Part shown: one piece after another, positions 24,471 to 24,588 of the stretch
Layout of the letters: each line of letters begins with the position of its first letter
Position numbering within the stretch: the stretch's first letter is position 1
Virus record (IMG/VR): IMGVR_UViG_3300020045_010371
Coordinates: 1-24,588 of that record
Direction: 5' to 3' (one strand)
DNA: 24,588 nt
Origin: a virus
Taxonomy: Duplodnaviria; Caudoviricetes
Translations under genes and position numbers: made by a program
Notes under the pieces: generated by a model
The model's database searches: none
What the model was told of the DNA's origin: nothing
The model's input: only the letters and a program-made list of their open reading frames with translations

Positions 24471-24588
24471 ATGGGAAACAAGATAATAATAGATGAAGAA
24501 GTATTGGCTAAGTTGGATGCCGAAATTGATATTTATGTAAAAAAAGCTGAAAAAGAATCGGATAGTATTTTTGCTTATGAAAAACTTG
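24471..24588 (+). CDS. Partial hypothetical protein, runs off window end
   Basis: MGNKIIIDEEVLAKLDAEIDIYVKKAEKESDSIFAYEKL... Confidence 0.6.
   Translation, partial: MGNKIIIDEEVLAKLDAEIDIYVKKAEKESDSIFAYEKL

Noticed and set aside
1432-24588. Stop-codon reassignment (TAG or TGA) as in some crAss-like phages
   Set aside because: TerL, portal and SPFH genes are intact in code 11, and 4215-4439 ends at TAG followed by a promoter-bearing spacer. No suppressor tRNA seen.

Overview
AT-rich bacteriophage DNA, standard genetic code. Bases ~1945-24588 look like a crAss-like (Crassvirales-type) phage of a Bacteroidota host. The minus-strand block (~1.9-11.5 kb) carries portal, large terminase, a candidate small terminase, a GroES-like protein, an HU/IHF-like protein and a DUF2829/Tad2-like anti-defence protein, with TAnnTTTG promoters. 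After a strand switch at ~11.5-11.75 kb comes a plus-strand accessory region: small ORFs without Shine-Dalgarno sites, an HNH endonuclease in a degenerate group I intron-like scaffold, many structured non-coding segments, a phage tmRNA with a predicted ~42-aa tag, a lipoprotein and an SPFH protein. Bases 1-~1945 appear to come from a different, SD-using (Firmicutes-type) phage: the C-terminal part of a major capsid protein is fused in frame to the crAss portal and followed by head/neck genes, most likely an assembly chimera. The most unusual signals are the long-tag tmRNA, three tandem proteins sharing a C-terminal [IV][IV][DN]N[YF]EI[YF] motif, the RNA-dense accessory region and the portal-capsid junction. 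All family assignments come from motif recognition by eye; no searches were run.
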